64,000 bases of DNA from an uncultured Candidatus Peribacteria bacterium (GCA_964652185.1 CAZZDD010000004.1:258-64257); one strand, 5' to 3'. Positions 1-9,447 are shown, counted from the first letter of the stretch. The notes: a model not told the origin generated them from the letters alone. Numbers and translations are program-made.

Positions 1-1
1 C

Positions 2-940
2 GCTACTGATTCTGGACAAGCAGCAGCGATTGACTTGAGCACCGTCACCACGCTGACAGTATCGTACTGGTCACTGTGGAACTCTTACGCACTGTTGAGC
101 AATGTGCTGATCGAGTCGAGCGCAGACAGCAATGCCAACACCGGCGCGATTCTGATTACTCCAGATCGCAACGTGAGCGGTGGACTTTACTTCGCCCGTG
201 TTCGCGCCAGTGGCTCTAACGGCGTGGTGTTTGCCAGGCCGAGTGCGAACGTCTGGCACCACTTCGTCATTTGCTTCGACCGAGGTGGAGGATCGCAGCA
301 GGTGGTAGCCGTCTACGTGGATGGAGTGTCGCAATCACTGACATCTAGTGGCACGTCATCAGGAAACACTGGGGGCTTTGGGAACTACGCCTGGAACTTT
401 ATGGCGAGAGACGCTGGGGCATCCCTGCTCGGTGCGGGCAAGTTGGATGATGTGCGGCTTCACAACCGCATCCTCAGTGCCAGCGAAGCCCAACAACTCT
501 ATCGCGCTTCCCGCTTCCGCTATCCGAACGAACTCCGCTGGCTGCCGGATGTGCCGCTGAGCTTTGAGGCGGAGGAGGACACGCCGCCTGAGACGCCGGA
601 AGAAATTGTCAACCCAATCACATTGCCCTGGAGTTATACGATGGCGAGTCCCATTGCTGGCGCGGGCCAGACGATCACCAACACGACGCTGGCGAGTGCC
701 ACGTCACTAACCGTTCCTGCCGGGGCGAAGTACGCGGAGATTCAGGCCATCGGCCAGAACTTCAACTACTTCATCAACGGCGATACGCCAACAACCGGAA
801 CGACCGGTGATGGCAAGAAGCTGTACGCCGGTTCGTTGTTGACATTGAACACCGGGCTGACGACGGCCAAGTTCATCCGCGAGGCGGACACGGCCAACAG
901 CAAGCTGGTGGTGGAGTATTTCGGCGGGGTTCCGCAGTAA
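2..940 (+). CDS. LamG/concanavalin-like domain virion protein, C-terminal part (5' end lies left of the window)
   Basis: The frame is open from base 2, with no stop before the TTG at 35 used by the track. GKLDDVRLHNRILSASEAQQLY is a typical LamG-domain C-terminal motif. The gene sits just upstream of the terminase genes. Confidence 0.6.
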   Translation, partial: ATDSGQAAAIDLSTVTTLTVSYWSLWNSYALLSNVLIESSADSNANTGAILITPDRNVSGGLYFARVRASGSNGVVFARPSANVWHHFVICFDRGGGSQQVVAVYVDGVSQSLTSSGTSSGNTGGFGNYAWNFMARDAGASLLGAGKLDDVRLHNRILSASEAQQLYRASRFRYPNELRWLPDVPLSFEAEEDTPPETPEEIVNPITLPWSYTMASPIAGAGQTITNTTLASATSLTVPAGAKYAEIQAIGQNFNYFINGDTPTTGTTGDGKKLYAGSLLTLNTGLTTAKFIREADTANSKLVVEYFGGVPQ

Positions 941-961
941 TCGTCAAAGAGGGTAATCAAC

Positions 962-1537
962 GTGGTTTCGGCAAATGACGAATTCGCAATCGAGGAAAGG
1001 CGGTCAAAAGCTGCGGACTTGTACCTGCACGGTTGGGCGCAACGTCATATCGCTAGCGAACTTGGAGTTTCCCAGACGACGATCTTCAAGGACTTGCAAG
1101 CCATTCGACTGGTTTGGAAGGATTCCATGATTCGCGATTTCGACGAGGCCAAGGCCCGCGAACTCGAAAAGATCGACAACTTGGAGCGAGAGGCGTGGGC
1201 GGCGTGGCGAAGGTCTCAAAAGGACGCCGTAACAAAGCGACGAGGCATTTCAGAGAAGGGCGTCATTCGAGAAACAAAGCGAACCGGACAATGTGGAGAC
1301 GATAGCTTTTTGGCTCGTGTAGCGTGGTGCATTCAACGCCGATGCGCCCTGCTCGGCCTGGATGCCCCGGTGAAAGTGGCGGAAACCGATGCTGACGGAA
1401 ACGACATTACCCCTGACCAGCGACGAACTGGCCTCCTTGGAATCCTTGCTACCCTTCGCCAGCGAGCAGGAACTTCTGGAGTTGCGCCGGCTCACGGGCA
1501 TGACGGATCGGCAATTGGCGGAGAGCAGCTTGCATGA
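962..1537 (+). CDS. terS: Terminase small subunit-like DNA-binding protein
   Basis: GTG start. N-terminal HTH (RHIASELGVSQTTIFKDLQAIR), then a coiled coil and ...RCALLGLDAP. Directly upstream of and overlapping terL. The call is partly positional. Confidence 0.6.
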   Translation: MVSANDEFAIEERRSKAADLYLHGWAQRHIASELGVSQTTIFKDLQAIRLVWKDSMIRDFDEAKARELEKIDNLEREAWAAWRRSQKDAVTKRRGISEKGVIRETKRTGQCGDDSFLARVAWCIQRRCALLGLDAPVKVAETDADGNDITPDQRRTGLLGILATLRQRAGTSGVAPAHGHDGSAIGGEQLA

Positions 1538-2900
1538 GTTCGTGGTCCAAGCGTGGCCGATCGTCGAGCCGGAAGCCAAGTTCGTTGATGGGAAGCACAT
1601 TCAGGGCATTTGCTTGCACTTGGAGGCTTTGACGAATGACTTGATGAAGAACTTGCTGGTCAACCTGCCGCCAGGGCACTGTAAATCCCTGTTGATGGCA
1701 GTGTTCTGGCCGGCGTGGGTGTGGATTACAAAGCCGTGGAAGCGGTTCATCTTCTTTTCGTACACGCAAGAGCTTTCCGTCCGCGATTCGGTGAAGTGTA
1801 GGCAGTTGATCGAGAGCCCTTGGTATCAGAAGAATTGGGGAAGTCGCTTTCGTATCATGGGAGACCAAAACTCCAAGATCAAATACGAGAATGACAAGCG
1901 TGGATGGAGGATGGCAAGTTCTGTAGAAGGGCGAGGAACTGGCGAGCATCCCGACTTCATTGTCGTTGACGATCCGCATAACGCGAAACAGGCAGAGAGC
2001 GAAGCGGAGCGGGCAGGTGTGATTGAGTGGTGGACCGGCACGATGACCAGCCGTGGATTCATTCGCGGAGCCAAACGAGTGGTCATTATGCAAAGACTCC
2101 ATGAAGAGGATTTGTCTGGCTACCTGATTAAGTCTGGCGGATTTGAGCATATCTGCCTTCCGATGGAGTGGGAGCCGGACAGGATGAAGCCAACTAGCAT
2201 CGGGTGGATGGATTGGCGGACTGAAAAGGGGCAATTGTTGTGGCCTGAAGCGGTGACTCCGCAAATGTTGGCGACGCTCAAGGGAGAGATGCGAGAATTG
2301 AAGGCAGCGGGGCAACTACAACAGCGTCCGGCACCGGCGGAGGGTGGTCTGTTCAAACGCGACAAGCTGCAAATCATCAACGCCGCGCCAGCAGAGTTTG
2401 AATCGATCGTGCGATACTGGGATAAGGCAGGAACGCTGGACGGAGGAGACCACACGGCGGGCGTGTTGATGGGGCGCAAGAACAAGAAGTATTACGTGGT
2501 TGATGTCGTTCGTGTGCGCCTGGACAGCGAAAAGCGCAACGCCGTGATGCTTCAGGTCGCTCAGATGGACAATCGCGAGTACGGCAACAAGCTCGTAACC
2601 TGGGTGGAACAAGAGGGTGGCAGCGGCGGCAAAGAGTCGGCGGAAATCACGGTGCAATTGCTGGCAGGCTTCCGAGTCAAGACCGAGCGCGTCACTGGCG
2701 AAAAGCAGGTTCGGGCCGAGCCGTTTGCCGACCAGGTGGACGCCGGCAACGTGTTTTTGGTGGAAGGTGCTTGGAATCGAGATTACATCGATGAACTGGC
2801 GGTTTTCCCGAACGGCTCGCACGACGATCAGGTAGACGGATCGAGCGGCGCTTTCAACAAAATCGCCCTGGCTCGCACGTTCTCATTGGGGATTGCCTAA
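1389..2900 (+). CDS. terL: Terminase large subunit
   Basis: Conserved N-terminal SLHEFVVQAWPIVEP...KHIQGICLHLE. ATPase motifs NLPPGHCKSLL and FIVVDDPHN. C-terminal nuclease-like HDDQVDG. The ATG at 1389 overlaps terS by 149 nt; an alternative ATG lies at 1500. Confidence 0.9.
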   Translation: MLTETTLPLTSDELASLESLLPFASEQELLELRRLTGMTDRQLAESSLHEFVVQAWPIVEPEAKFVDGKHIQGICLHLEALTNDLMKNLLVNLPPGHCKSLLMAVFWPAWVWITKPWKRFIFFSYTQELSVRDSVKCRQLIESPWYQKNWGSRFRIMGDQNSKIKYENDKRGWRMASSVEGRGTGEHPDFIVVDDPHNAKQAESEAERAGVIEWWTGTMTSRGFIRGAKRVVIMQRLHEEDLSGYLIKSGGFEHICLPMEWEPDRMKPTSIGWMDWRTEKGQLLWPEAVTPQMLATLKGEMRELKAAGQLQQRPAPAEGGLFKRDKLQIINAAPAEFESIVRYWDKAGTLDGGDHTAGVLMGRKNKKYYVVDVVRVRLDSEKRNAVMLQVAQMDNREYGNKLVTWVEQEGGSGGKESAEITVQLLAGFRVKTERVTGEKQVRAEPFADQVDAGNVFLVEGAWNRDYIDELAVFPNGSHDDQVDGSSGAFNKIALARTFSLGIA

Positions 2901-4385
2901 ATGTTCAAATGGCTCACACGACTGCTGACCAAACGCATGGGCGGGCTCTATCTCCGCGCCTTGGGCGGCGGCACGCCCGGCATGTGGGCCAGCGACCACC
3001 GCAAGGAGTCGGAACAGTTCCACCACTGGAACGGCGTGGCAATCCACCAGATTTGCTTGCAGGCGATGCAGGCGGACGTGATGGTCTATCGGGACGCTTC
3101 GCCTGCCATCACACGTAAACGCCGCTCCAAGGCGTACACGACGCAGGACGAATCGCAGGAGATGCCTGAGGACGATCCGCTCGTCAAGTTGCTGAAGCGC
3201 CCCAACAAGTGGGAGAGCGGCGGTCGGTTCCGCTACAAGTGCGTTCAGCAGCTCCAGTTGACCGGGAAGTGCATCATCTGGAACGTGCCGAACGTGGGCG
3301 GCAAACTCGATACCAGCTATCGGCGCACGGCCATGCGGCTTGTTGTGCCCACGGCGATTGCGTCTCCGGTCCAGCCGAGTAAGGAACTGCCGTTCGGTGG
3401 CTGGCGGATTCAACCGACGTGGAGTCAGTGGAGTTCGGACGAAGACGGCTTCGTCGAGATGTTTGGCGGGCTGACCCATGCGTTCGGGAAGGTTGTGCCT
3501 TACGAGCAAACGCAAGTCATCGACTGGCCGCACCCGCTGTACGTGGATGATGGGTGCTCGCCTACCTCTCGCGGCGCACGCTGGATCGACGGCGATACGC
3601 AGGTCGGGACGGCGCAGTGGGCGCAGCTGAAGAATGGGGCGGACCCGAGCATCCATATTGAAGTACCGACCGACGCGCAATTCGACCCAGAACTGGCAGA
3701 CCGCTACGCCGAGAAGATGGCGCAGAAGTACGGCGGGCCGCAGAACGTTGGCAAGGTGCTCTTTACCCAGGGCGGGAGTGTCACGCCGCTGAGCACAACG
3801 CCCAAGGACATGGCCTACGGGGAAGCGTTCCAGCAGTACCGAGACGCCATCATGGCCCTGCACGGTGCACCGAAGATCGACGCTGACACGTACGCCAGCT
3901 ACTACGCCAAGCTCAAGCAGTTCACGGAAATGACCGTGCAGCCGATTCTCTCGCTCTTGGCTGAAGAAGATACCGAGCGGCTGGCTCCCGAGTTCGGCGA
4001 AGGGCTGACGATTGAGATGACGGCGAAGACGATCAATGACCCGGAGATCATGGACCGCGAGACGAATACGCTGGTCACGTCCAGAGTGATTCGGGTGGAT
4101 GAAGTACGAACGCGGTACGGCTTGGAGCCATTGGGCGGCAAAGAGGGCGAGGCGTTCGCTGGGCAGGCACCGGCAACGTCCATGAACGTGAACGGCTCGC
4201 TCGGCCTGAGCGGGCAGGGCGGATTCGGCTTGATGCTGCCAGCCGGTGAGAAGCCGCAGGAACAGACAGCGCCGGAGCTGAGTCTGCCGTCAACTTCCAA
4301 TTTAGGAAGTTCGCAGCCACGCTTCAGCCTGAACGGCAAGCACCACACCAACGGGCACCGGAAGGTGCTGGAGGGGTATCCGTGA
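2901..4385 (+). CDS. Portal protein
   Basis: 494 aa, starting one base after the terL stop (TAA ATG). Size and position are canonical for a portal. Low-complexity C-terminal tail. Confidence 0.75.
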   Translation: MFKWLTRLLTKRMGGLYLRALGGGTPGMWASDHRKESEQFHHWNGVAIHQICLQAMQADVMVYRDASPAITRKRRSKAYTTQDESQEMPEDDPLVKLLKRPNKWESGGRFRYKCVQQLQLTGKCIIWNVPNVGGKLDTSYRRTAMRLVVPTAIASPVQPSKELPFGGWRIQPTWSQWSSDEDGFVEMFGGLTHAFGKVVPYEQTQVIDWPHPLYVDDGCSPTSRGARWIDGDTQVGTAQWAQLKNGADPSIHIEVPTDAQFDPELADRYAEKMAQKYGGPQNVGKVLFTQGGSVTPLSTTPKDMAYGEAFQQYRDAIMALHGAPKIDADTYASYYAKLKQFTEMTVQPILSLLAEEDTERLAPEFGEGLTIEMTAKTINDPEIMDRETNTLVTSRVIRVDEVRTRYGLEPLGGKEGEAFAGQAPATSMNVNGSLGLSGQGGFGLMLPAGEKPQEQTAPELSLPSTSNLGSSQPRFSLNGKHHTNGHRKVLEGYP

Positions 4386-4675
4386 ACGTAGAACTACCGG
4401 ACGGCATCAAAAGCGTGCAAGTGCTTCGGCTGGAGCCCGGCGACATCCTCGTGTTGAGGTGTGCGCACAAGATGAGTCAACACGAACTTATGGGTGTGTC
4501 TGAGCAACTCGGGACGATGTTTCCGGGAGTTCAATGCGCCATTCTCGATCCTGACATGAAGTTTCAGGTTGTGCGGAGCGGTGTTGAAGCTCCGGCGCAT
4601 GCACTCGGAATGACACTGGAAGAACGAATCATCGGCGATGTTGAATCGCTGAAACGAGAGGCCGCAAATCCCTGA
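4382..4675 (+). CDS. Hypothetical protein
   Basis: GTGA overlap with the portal stop. 97 aa with coding-like composition. Confidence 0.5.
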   Translation: MNVELPDGIKSVQVLRLEPGDILVLRCAHKMSQHELMGVSEQLGTMFPGVQCAILDPDMKFQVVRSGVEAPAHALGMTLEERIIGDVESLKREAANP

Positions 4676-4676
4676 A

Positions 4677-5306
4677 ATGCCCGATCTCCTGACCCGCAAA
4701 GAGCACGAAGACGAGTGCGCCTTAATCATCCTGCTGTTTTTGCAGCAGGCGGAGGACGACTATCGCAACAGCGGGGCAGTCGATTGGCTCTTGTGGACGG
4801 CGCAACTGTCCCGAGAGCTGGTCCCGGCGCTGATGGCGACGTTCCTGGAATCGGCGGAACAACTGGCCGGGGAGTTTGCAGGAACGCTTGTAGACGCCGT
4901 AGAGCGTGCCAGGCAGTGGGCAACGAACCAAGCGAACTGGCTCGCGGCGGCACTTGCTACGGCAACCCAGAACGCGATGGCGGCTGCAATGGCCTCTAGC
5001 GGCAAGACGGCGGCGGAAGTTGCCAGCGAAGTGGAGCACGTGTTTAGTGAGGCACGAGCCGAAGCTGGCGGGATCACCGAGACGACGGGCGCGATTACCG
5101 AGGGCGAGGTCTTCGCGTCCCAAGAGTTACAGCGGTTGGGGATTTTCCTGTTTCCGTACTGGGTGACGGAAAGAGATTCCAGGGTGTGTCCTGTGTGTCG
5201 TCCGCTCGATGGGCGACCGCGTGAAGAGTGGTGGTCGGAACATGGCAGTGGGCCGCCGGCGCATCCCGGGTGTAGATGCACGCTGGAGTGGCGTGAGGAG
5301 AAGTGA
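4677..5306 (+). CDS. Minor head / head-morphogenesis protein (SPP1 gp7 / Mu F-like)
   Basis: C-terminal VCPVCRPLDGRP...HPGCRCTLEW matches the family signature (CxxC ... HPxCRC). Located after the portal. Confidence 0.75.
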   Translation: MPDLLTRKEHEDECALIILLFLQQAEDDYRNSGAVDWLLWTAQLSRELVPALMATFLESAEQLAGEFAGTLVDAVERARQWATNQANWLAAALATATQNAMAAAMASSGKTAAEVASEVEHVFSEARAEAGGITETTGAITEGEVFASQELQRLGIFLFPYWVTERDSRVCPVCRPLDGRPREEWWSEHGSGPPAHPGCRCTLEWREEK

Positions 5307-5336
5307 GTTTTACCCTTTCGTGGCGAGGTGGTCAGA

Positions 5337-5507
5337 ATGGAAGTGTCAGATATCGCTAAGGCCGCGTCTTGCCTGAAGTCAGAAGACATTCGGGCTCGGC
5401 TCAACGAGCTTTATGCAGAAGAAAAAATGCTCAGGTCACTGCTGCGTGCGGTGCTGGCTTCGGAACGAGCTTGCTCACTTGGCCGCCGAAGGGAGCCCAC
5501 ATCTTGA
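5337..5507 (+). CDS. Small hypothetical ORF (56 aa), not in the ORF track
   Basis: ATG preceded by GAGGTGG. Helical-looking MEVSDIAKAASCLKSEDIRARLNELYAEEKMLRSLL... Its stop overlaps a TTGACA box. Confidence 0.25.
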   Translation: MEVSDIAKAASCLKSEDIRARLNELYAEEKMLRSLLRAVLASERACSLGRRREPTS

Positions 5508-5533
5508 CATTGACTAGCAGGATGCCTTATACT
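5504..5533 (+). promoter_or_regulatory. Sigma70-like promoter candidate TTGACA-N18-TATACT
   Basis: TTGACA at 5504-5509 and TATACT at 5528-5533. Located inside the late operon, just upstream of the ATG at 5537. Confidence 0.4.
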
Positions 5534-5536
5534 TCC

Positions 5537-5716
5537 ATGTCAAGCCCCAAAACCGACGCCAGAAATGCGCAGCAACTGGTGGAAGCGATTCGTCGTTTGG
5601 AAGAGTTGCACGGGCAGGCGACGACGGCGGGACGGTTCACCGGACAGATCACAGTGACCATCGGTTACGTGGACAGCGTGGCGCAGCGGGTCAAGGATAC
5701 GAGGGACAGACATTGA
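5537..5716 (+). CDS. Hypothetical small protein (moron cassette gene 1)
   Basis: MSSPKTDARNAQQLVEAIRRLEELHG... The track ORF 5369-5716 has a non-coding-looking N-terminus. Alternative ATG at 5522. Confidence 0.4.
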   Translation: MSSPKTDARNAQQLVEAIRRLEELHGQATTAGRFTGQITVTIGYVDSVAQRVKDTRDRH

Positions 5717-6039
5717 GCGGATTTCCGGTCAGGTTTGTGGTCTGTCTGCATTTCGACGCGAGCGAAATGTACAGAGCCAAGGCGCTGGAAAAGGAAGTCC
5801 TGTTGACGATCCCTCCGGCAATCGGAAATGCCATTGCATTATTTAAGCATCACTTGTTCCCGACTTGCAGAATTGAGTACATCTGCGAGTCATTGGGCGA
5901 CAAATCGGTATACTGCGAGCTGTCGGATTTGATTGTAAATTCTCGTGAAGACGTGCGAGCTACAACCGAAATGCTTGTGGCCGATGGGTGGAATGTGTTG
6001 GACCCAGATAGGTGGAAGGAAATCGGCAGATTGCAATAG
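5713..6039 (+). CDS. Hypothetical protein (moron cassette gene 2)
   Basis: The TTG start overlaps the upstream stop; an alternative ATG lies at 5767. Visibly more AT-rich than its neighbours and followed by a strong terminator. Confidence 0.45.
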   Translation: MSGFPVRFVVCLHFDASEMYRAKALEKEVLLTIPPAIGNAIALFKHHLFPTCRIEYICESLGDKSVYCELSDLIVNSREDVRATTEMLVADGWNVLDPDRWKEIGRLQ

Positions 6040-6091
6040 GGGCTGACCTCTAGCTTCTGAACAATTCGATAAACGGCCCAGAGCCATACTC

Positions 6092-6141
6092 AAGGCCGCA
6101 ACTTAATCCTTCGGGATCGGGTTGCGGCCTTTTTCGTTTTT
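6092..6141 (+). terminator. Rho-independent terminator
   Basis: Perfect 11-bp stem AAGGCCGCAAC (6092-6102) / GTTGCGGCCTT (6121-6131), with an inner ATCC-TTCG-GGAT hairpin. T-tract TTTTTCGTTTTT ends at 6141, one base before the protease ATG. Confidence 0.7.
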
Positions 6142-7542
6142 ATGGATCAAAACCTGCTCGAAATCCTGAACGACCGTAAAAGCGGGTTGCTGCTCCGGCA
6201 TCCCAAGAGCGGCGCTATCGCCAATGCGATCGGCGTCTACGCTCCGGTTGTGGACACCGCTGCCGTGTCCGCCAAGTTCACGATTTCGACGCCGACCGAA
6301 GACCGCGCCGCTGACGTGGTGGAACCGTCTGGATTCCAGCTCGGGAACTACAAGAACAACCCGCTGGTGCTCTACGACCACGGCTTCGGCGGCATCACGC
6401 TACCTATTGGGAAGAGCCAGACGCCTGACGGCAAGCTCACGGTCAAGGTCAAGCAGAACAGCGTGGAAGGTGAGTGCTTCTTTGCTCAATCGAGCTGGGA
6501 AGCGATGCAGATTTTCCAGTTGGTCGATGAAGGCGTCTTGAACTGCGCCAGCGTGCATATCGACCCGTTGGAAGCGAGCGTGCGCATCGGGAGCGACGGA
6601 CGTCGCGGCTTGCATATCACGAAATGCGACCTCTTGGAATGGTCGATTGTGGGCATCCCGTGCAATCCCGAAGCGACACGCAAGGTTTTGGATCGCGGCA
6701 AGTTGGCGGATCGGAAGATTGCCAAGCCGCTGGAAAAGATGCTCAAGGCATACGCCGCGAAGCCGAAAGGGTTGGTGCAAGGCATGAGTCTCGATACGGC
6801 GACGGTGGAAGACGTGACCAAGGCTCTCCCGCCCAAGGAAAAGCCCGAAGACGAAGAGAAGCCAGAGGGCGAGGCACCGGAAGAGGGCATGGAAGATGAG
6901 TCAACCGACGAAGCGCCCGAGACGGAGCAAGACGGCGGAGATGCTGAAACGCCAGAAACGCCGCCAGAAGCAACGGGCGAAACGCCGCCTCAACAGTCCA
7001 GCCAACCCGTAGACGCGAGCCAGAAGCCAGGGGCGCAACTCCTGAGCGGAATTAGCCAGGCTGTGGGCCAGTTCACCCAGCAGATTCAGGGCCAGATTGC
7101 CGCGCAAGAGAATCAGACCGTCGTGGACTACGTGACGGGCATGGTGGACCAGCTCACGGCGATGGCGGGTGAGTGCCAGGAGGCGTATCGCTCGGCCTAT
7201 GGCGGCGATATGGCACAAGGTCAGGCACCGCAGCCAGGCATGGAACAAGAAGAGGAAGACCCGCTGATGAAGTCGCTTTCACTGAGCGGCACGAAGCGGC
7301 TTTCGGCGAAGGGACTTACCGTCCGGCTGAAGCGGCTGGCGGAAGAGAACCCCGCAATCGCCAACGACCTGGATTACGTGCAACGCGTGCTCGGTCGGAT
7401 TCTGGAGAACACGGAAGCGAAAGCGGCTCCGCAAACCGAACCGGAACACGACTTCAGCGACACGATGAAGACACTCGACGGGCTGACGGCGCAACTTGCC
7501 GAACTGCAAAAGCAGACGGCGGCGCTCAAGCTCGGAAAGTAA
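6142..7542 (+). CDS. Prohead protease fused to an acidic linker and a coiled-coil scaffold-like domain
   Basis: The N-terminal ~190 aa are HK97-type protease-like (LVLYDHGFGGITLPIGKS, EWSIVGIPCNPEA). The mid region is an E/P/T-rich acidic tract. The C-terminus is coiled coil (LTAQLAELQKQTAALKL). Confidence 0.75.
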   Translation: MDQNLLEILNDRKSGLLLRHPKSGAIANAIGVYAPVVDTAAVSAKFTISTPTEDRAADVVEPSGFQLGNYKNNPLVLYDHGFGGITLPIGKSQTPDGKLTVKVKQNSVEGECFFAQSSWEAMQIFQLVDEGVLNCASVHIDPLEASVRIGSDGRRGLHITKCDLLEWSIVGIPCNPEATRKVLDRGKLADRKIAKPLEKMLKAYAAKPKGLVQGMSLDTATVEDVTKALPPKEKPEDEEKPEGEAPEEGMEDESTDEAPETEQDGGDAETPETPPEATGETPPQQSSQPVDASQKPGAQLLSGISQAVGQFTQQIQGQIAAQENQTVVDYVTGMVDQLTAMAGECQEAYRSAYGGDMAQGQAPQPGMEQEEEDPLMKSLSLSGTKRLSAKGLTVRLKRLAEENPAIANDLDYVQRVLGRILENTEAKAAPQTEPEHDFSDTMKTLDGLTAQLAELQKQTAALKLGK

Positions 7543-7637
7543 GAACCGTGGGCTAGGGGTGCCCGCCGGCCAGCGGCCCCCATTAGCCCTAACCTGTTTG
7601 ATCGTAACTCACGCCCACGGAGCGAGGGTTATGAGGC

Positions 7638-8912
7638 ATGACGGCAACCGCCGAGCAGTTGAACGCCAAGTTGACCGAAATGGGTCAGCAAATGGCGTCG
7701 CTCGCTGAGTCGATCAGCGAGACCAAGAAGTCCCACGAGGACATCATCAAAAAGCTGGACCAGCCGGACTTCTCCGGGCTCGTCCGCGAGCACGTCGCCG
7801 AAGACCGTGAAGCGGTCCTGAAGGCGTTCGGCGCAAGCAAGGCCAACCGTGGCTTCGTAGCCCCCAAGGGCTATAAGCCTTACGGCGAGTTCAAGTCCTT
7901 CGGCGACTTCATCAAGGTCGGCATGAAGGAGCACACCACGCAAGCGTTCCGCGAGCGGGTGCAAAAGGCCATTCAAGGGATGAGCGAAGCGGTCGGCGGC
8001 GACGGCGGTTTTACCGTGGTCCCCGAGTTCTCCACGGAGATTTACGACCGCGTTTACGCGAACGACCTGTTCACCCGCACGGATAACTACACCGTGGCGG
8101 GAAACAACATGACCTTCATGGCGAACTCGGAAACGAGCCGCGCCAATGGTTCGCGTCACGGCGGGTTGCGTGGTTATCGCATCGGCGAAGGTGCGACCAT
8201 CACGTCCAGCAAGCCGGGCTTCCGCGAGCTGACCTTGAAGCTCAAGAAGTACGCGGTTGTCGTGTACCTCACCGAAGAGCTGTTGTCGGACTCCGGCGTG
8301 GCGTTGGAACAGTACGTCGCTCGCAAGGCGGCGGAAGAGTTCAACTTCATGGTCGGCGACGACATCATCAACGGCAACGGTGCCGGCGCGATGCAAGGTA
8401 TCCTCACGTCTCCGGCTTTGGTGTCGGTGGCGAAGGAAGCCGGGCAACCGGCCGACACGCTGGTTTACGAAAACATCCTGAAGATGTGGAGCCGTATGTA
8501 CGCCCCCAGCCGGGCGAATGCGGTCTGGTACATCAACCAGGACATCGAACCGCAGTTATTCTCGCTGAATCAAGCGATCGGCACTGGCGGTTTCCCGGTC
8601 TACCTGCCGCCCGGCGGACTCTCCGGCGCTCCGTACGCGACCCTGATGGGCCGTCCGGTCATCGCCACCGAGTTCAATGCCACCTTGGGCGACCAGGGCG
8701 ACATCATCCTGGCGGACCTCGGGCAGTACGTGACGATCAGCAAGGGCGGCATCGCTCAAGCTCAGTCGATGCACGTCGAGTTCCTCACGGACCAGACGGC
8801 GCTCCGGTTCATCATGCGAGTGGACGGCCAGACGTGGGAGAACTCCCCGATCACGCCGTACAAGGGCACCGCCACACAGTCCAGCTTCGTGACGCTGGAC
8901 GCCCGCGCTTAA
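7638..8912 (+). CDS. Major capsid protein, HK97-like
   Basis: 424 aa. N-terminal coiled segment, then GGDGGFTVVPEFSTEIYDRV, which is typical of HK97-family capsid proteins. Follows the protease/scaffold gene. Confidence 0.85.
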   Translation: MTATAEQLNAKLTEMGQQMASLAESISETKKSHEDIIKKLDQPDFSGLVREHVAEDREAVLKAFGASKANRGFVAPKGYKPYGEFKSFGDFIKVGMKEHTTQAFRERVQKAIQGMSEAVGGDGGFTVVPEFSTEIYDRVYANDLFTRTDNYTVAGNNMTFMANSETSRANGSRHGGLRGYRIGEGATITSSKPGFRELTLKLKKYAVVVYLTEELLSDSGVALEQYVARKAAEEFNFMVGDDIINGNGAGAMQGILTSPALVSVAKEAGQPADTLVYENILKMWSRMYAPSRANAVWYINQDIEPQLFSLNQAIGTGGFPVYLPPGGLSGAPYATLMGRPVIATEFNATLGDQGDIILADLGQYVTISKGGIAQAQSMHVEFLTDQTALRFIMRVDGQTWENSPITPYKGTATQSSFVTLDARA

Positions 8913-8949
8913 ACCTCACGCGGCCTAGCCGCATTCAGGAGCATTACCA

Positions 8950-9429
8950 GTGCATAATCAGCTTTTCGTGGAAAACTTCCACATGGCAATCGGCCTCGCG
9001 CCGGTTGCCGATGCCTTCTCGGGCACTGTGGCAAGTGATGTTGTCAACATGCGAGATCACGGCTCCGTCGTGTTCCTCATCAATATCGGCGTGGGTACGA
9101 CCGGCACGTCCACCATCACGGTGGAAGCGTGTGACGACGTGACCCCATCGAATACCACTGCGATTCCGTTCTGGTATCGCCAGAACACCACGAACGACAC
9201 GCAAGGCACGATCACTGCGGCTACCACGTCTGGTTTCACGACCACGGCGGGCAGCAACAAGTTGATTGCGGTCGAAGTGCGTTCGGAAGACCTCGCGGCG
9301 AGCGGCTACAAGTACGTTCGGCTCAAGGCGGTCGAATCGGCGAACGATCCGGTGCTCGGTGGCATCACCATTCTGCTTGGCAATCCTCGCTATGGTCAGA
9401 GCGCCGCTCTGCGTAGCGAAATCGTCTAA
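8950..9429 (+). CDS. Hypothetical head-associated protein
   Basis: GTG start with AGGAG upstream. 159 aa, T/G-rich and beta-rich. Sits directly after the capsid gene. A decoration role is a guess. Confidence 0.5.
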   Translation: MHNQLFVENFHMAIGLAPVADAFSGTVASDVVNMRDHGSVVFLINIGVGTTGTSTITVEACDDVTPSNTTAIPFWYRQNTTNDTQGTITAATTSGFTTTAGSNKLIAVEVRSEDLAASGYKYVRLKAVESANDPVLGGITILLGNPRYGQSAALRSEIV

Positions 9430-9447
9430 CCGTAGCGGAGTTCCAAC

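Noticed and set aside
1389-1537. The 149-nt terS/terL overlap as a recoding or frameshift site
   Set aside because: No slippery heptamer was seen in the overlap. The simpler explanation is uncertainty of the terL start, since an alternative ATG lies at 1500.
7543-7637. GC hairpin (GGGGTGCC...GGCCCCC) between the scaffold and capsid genes as a terminator or attenuator
   Set aside because: The stem is bulged and no T-tract follows. This is too weak to call from sequence alone.
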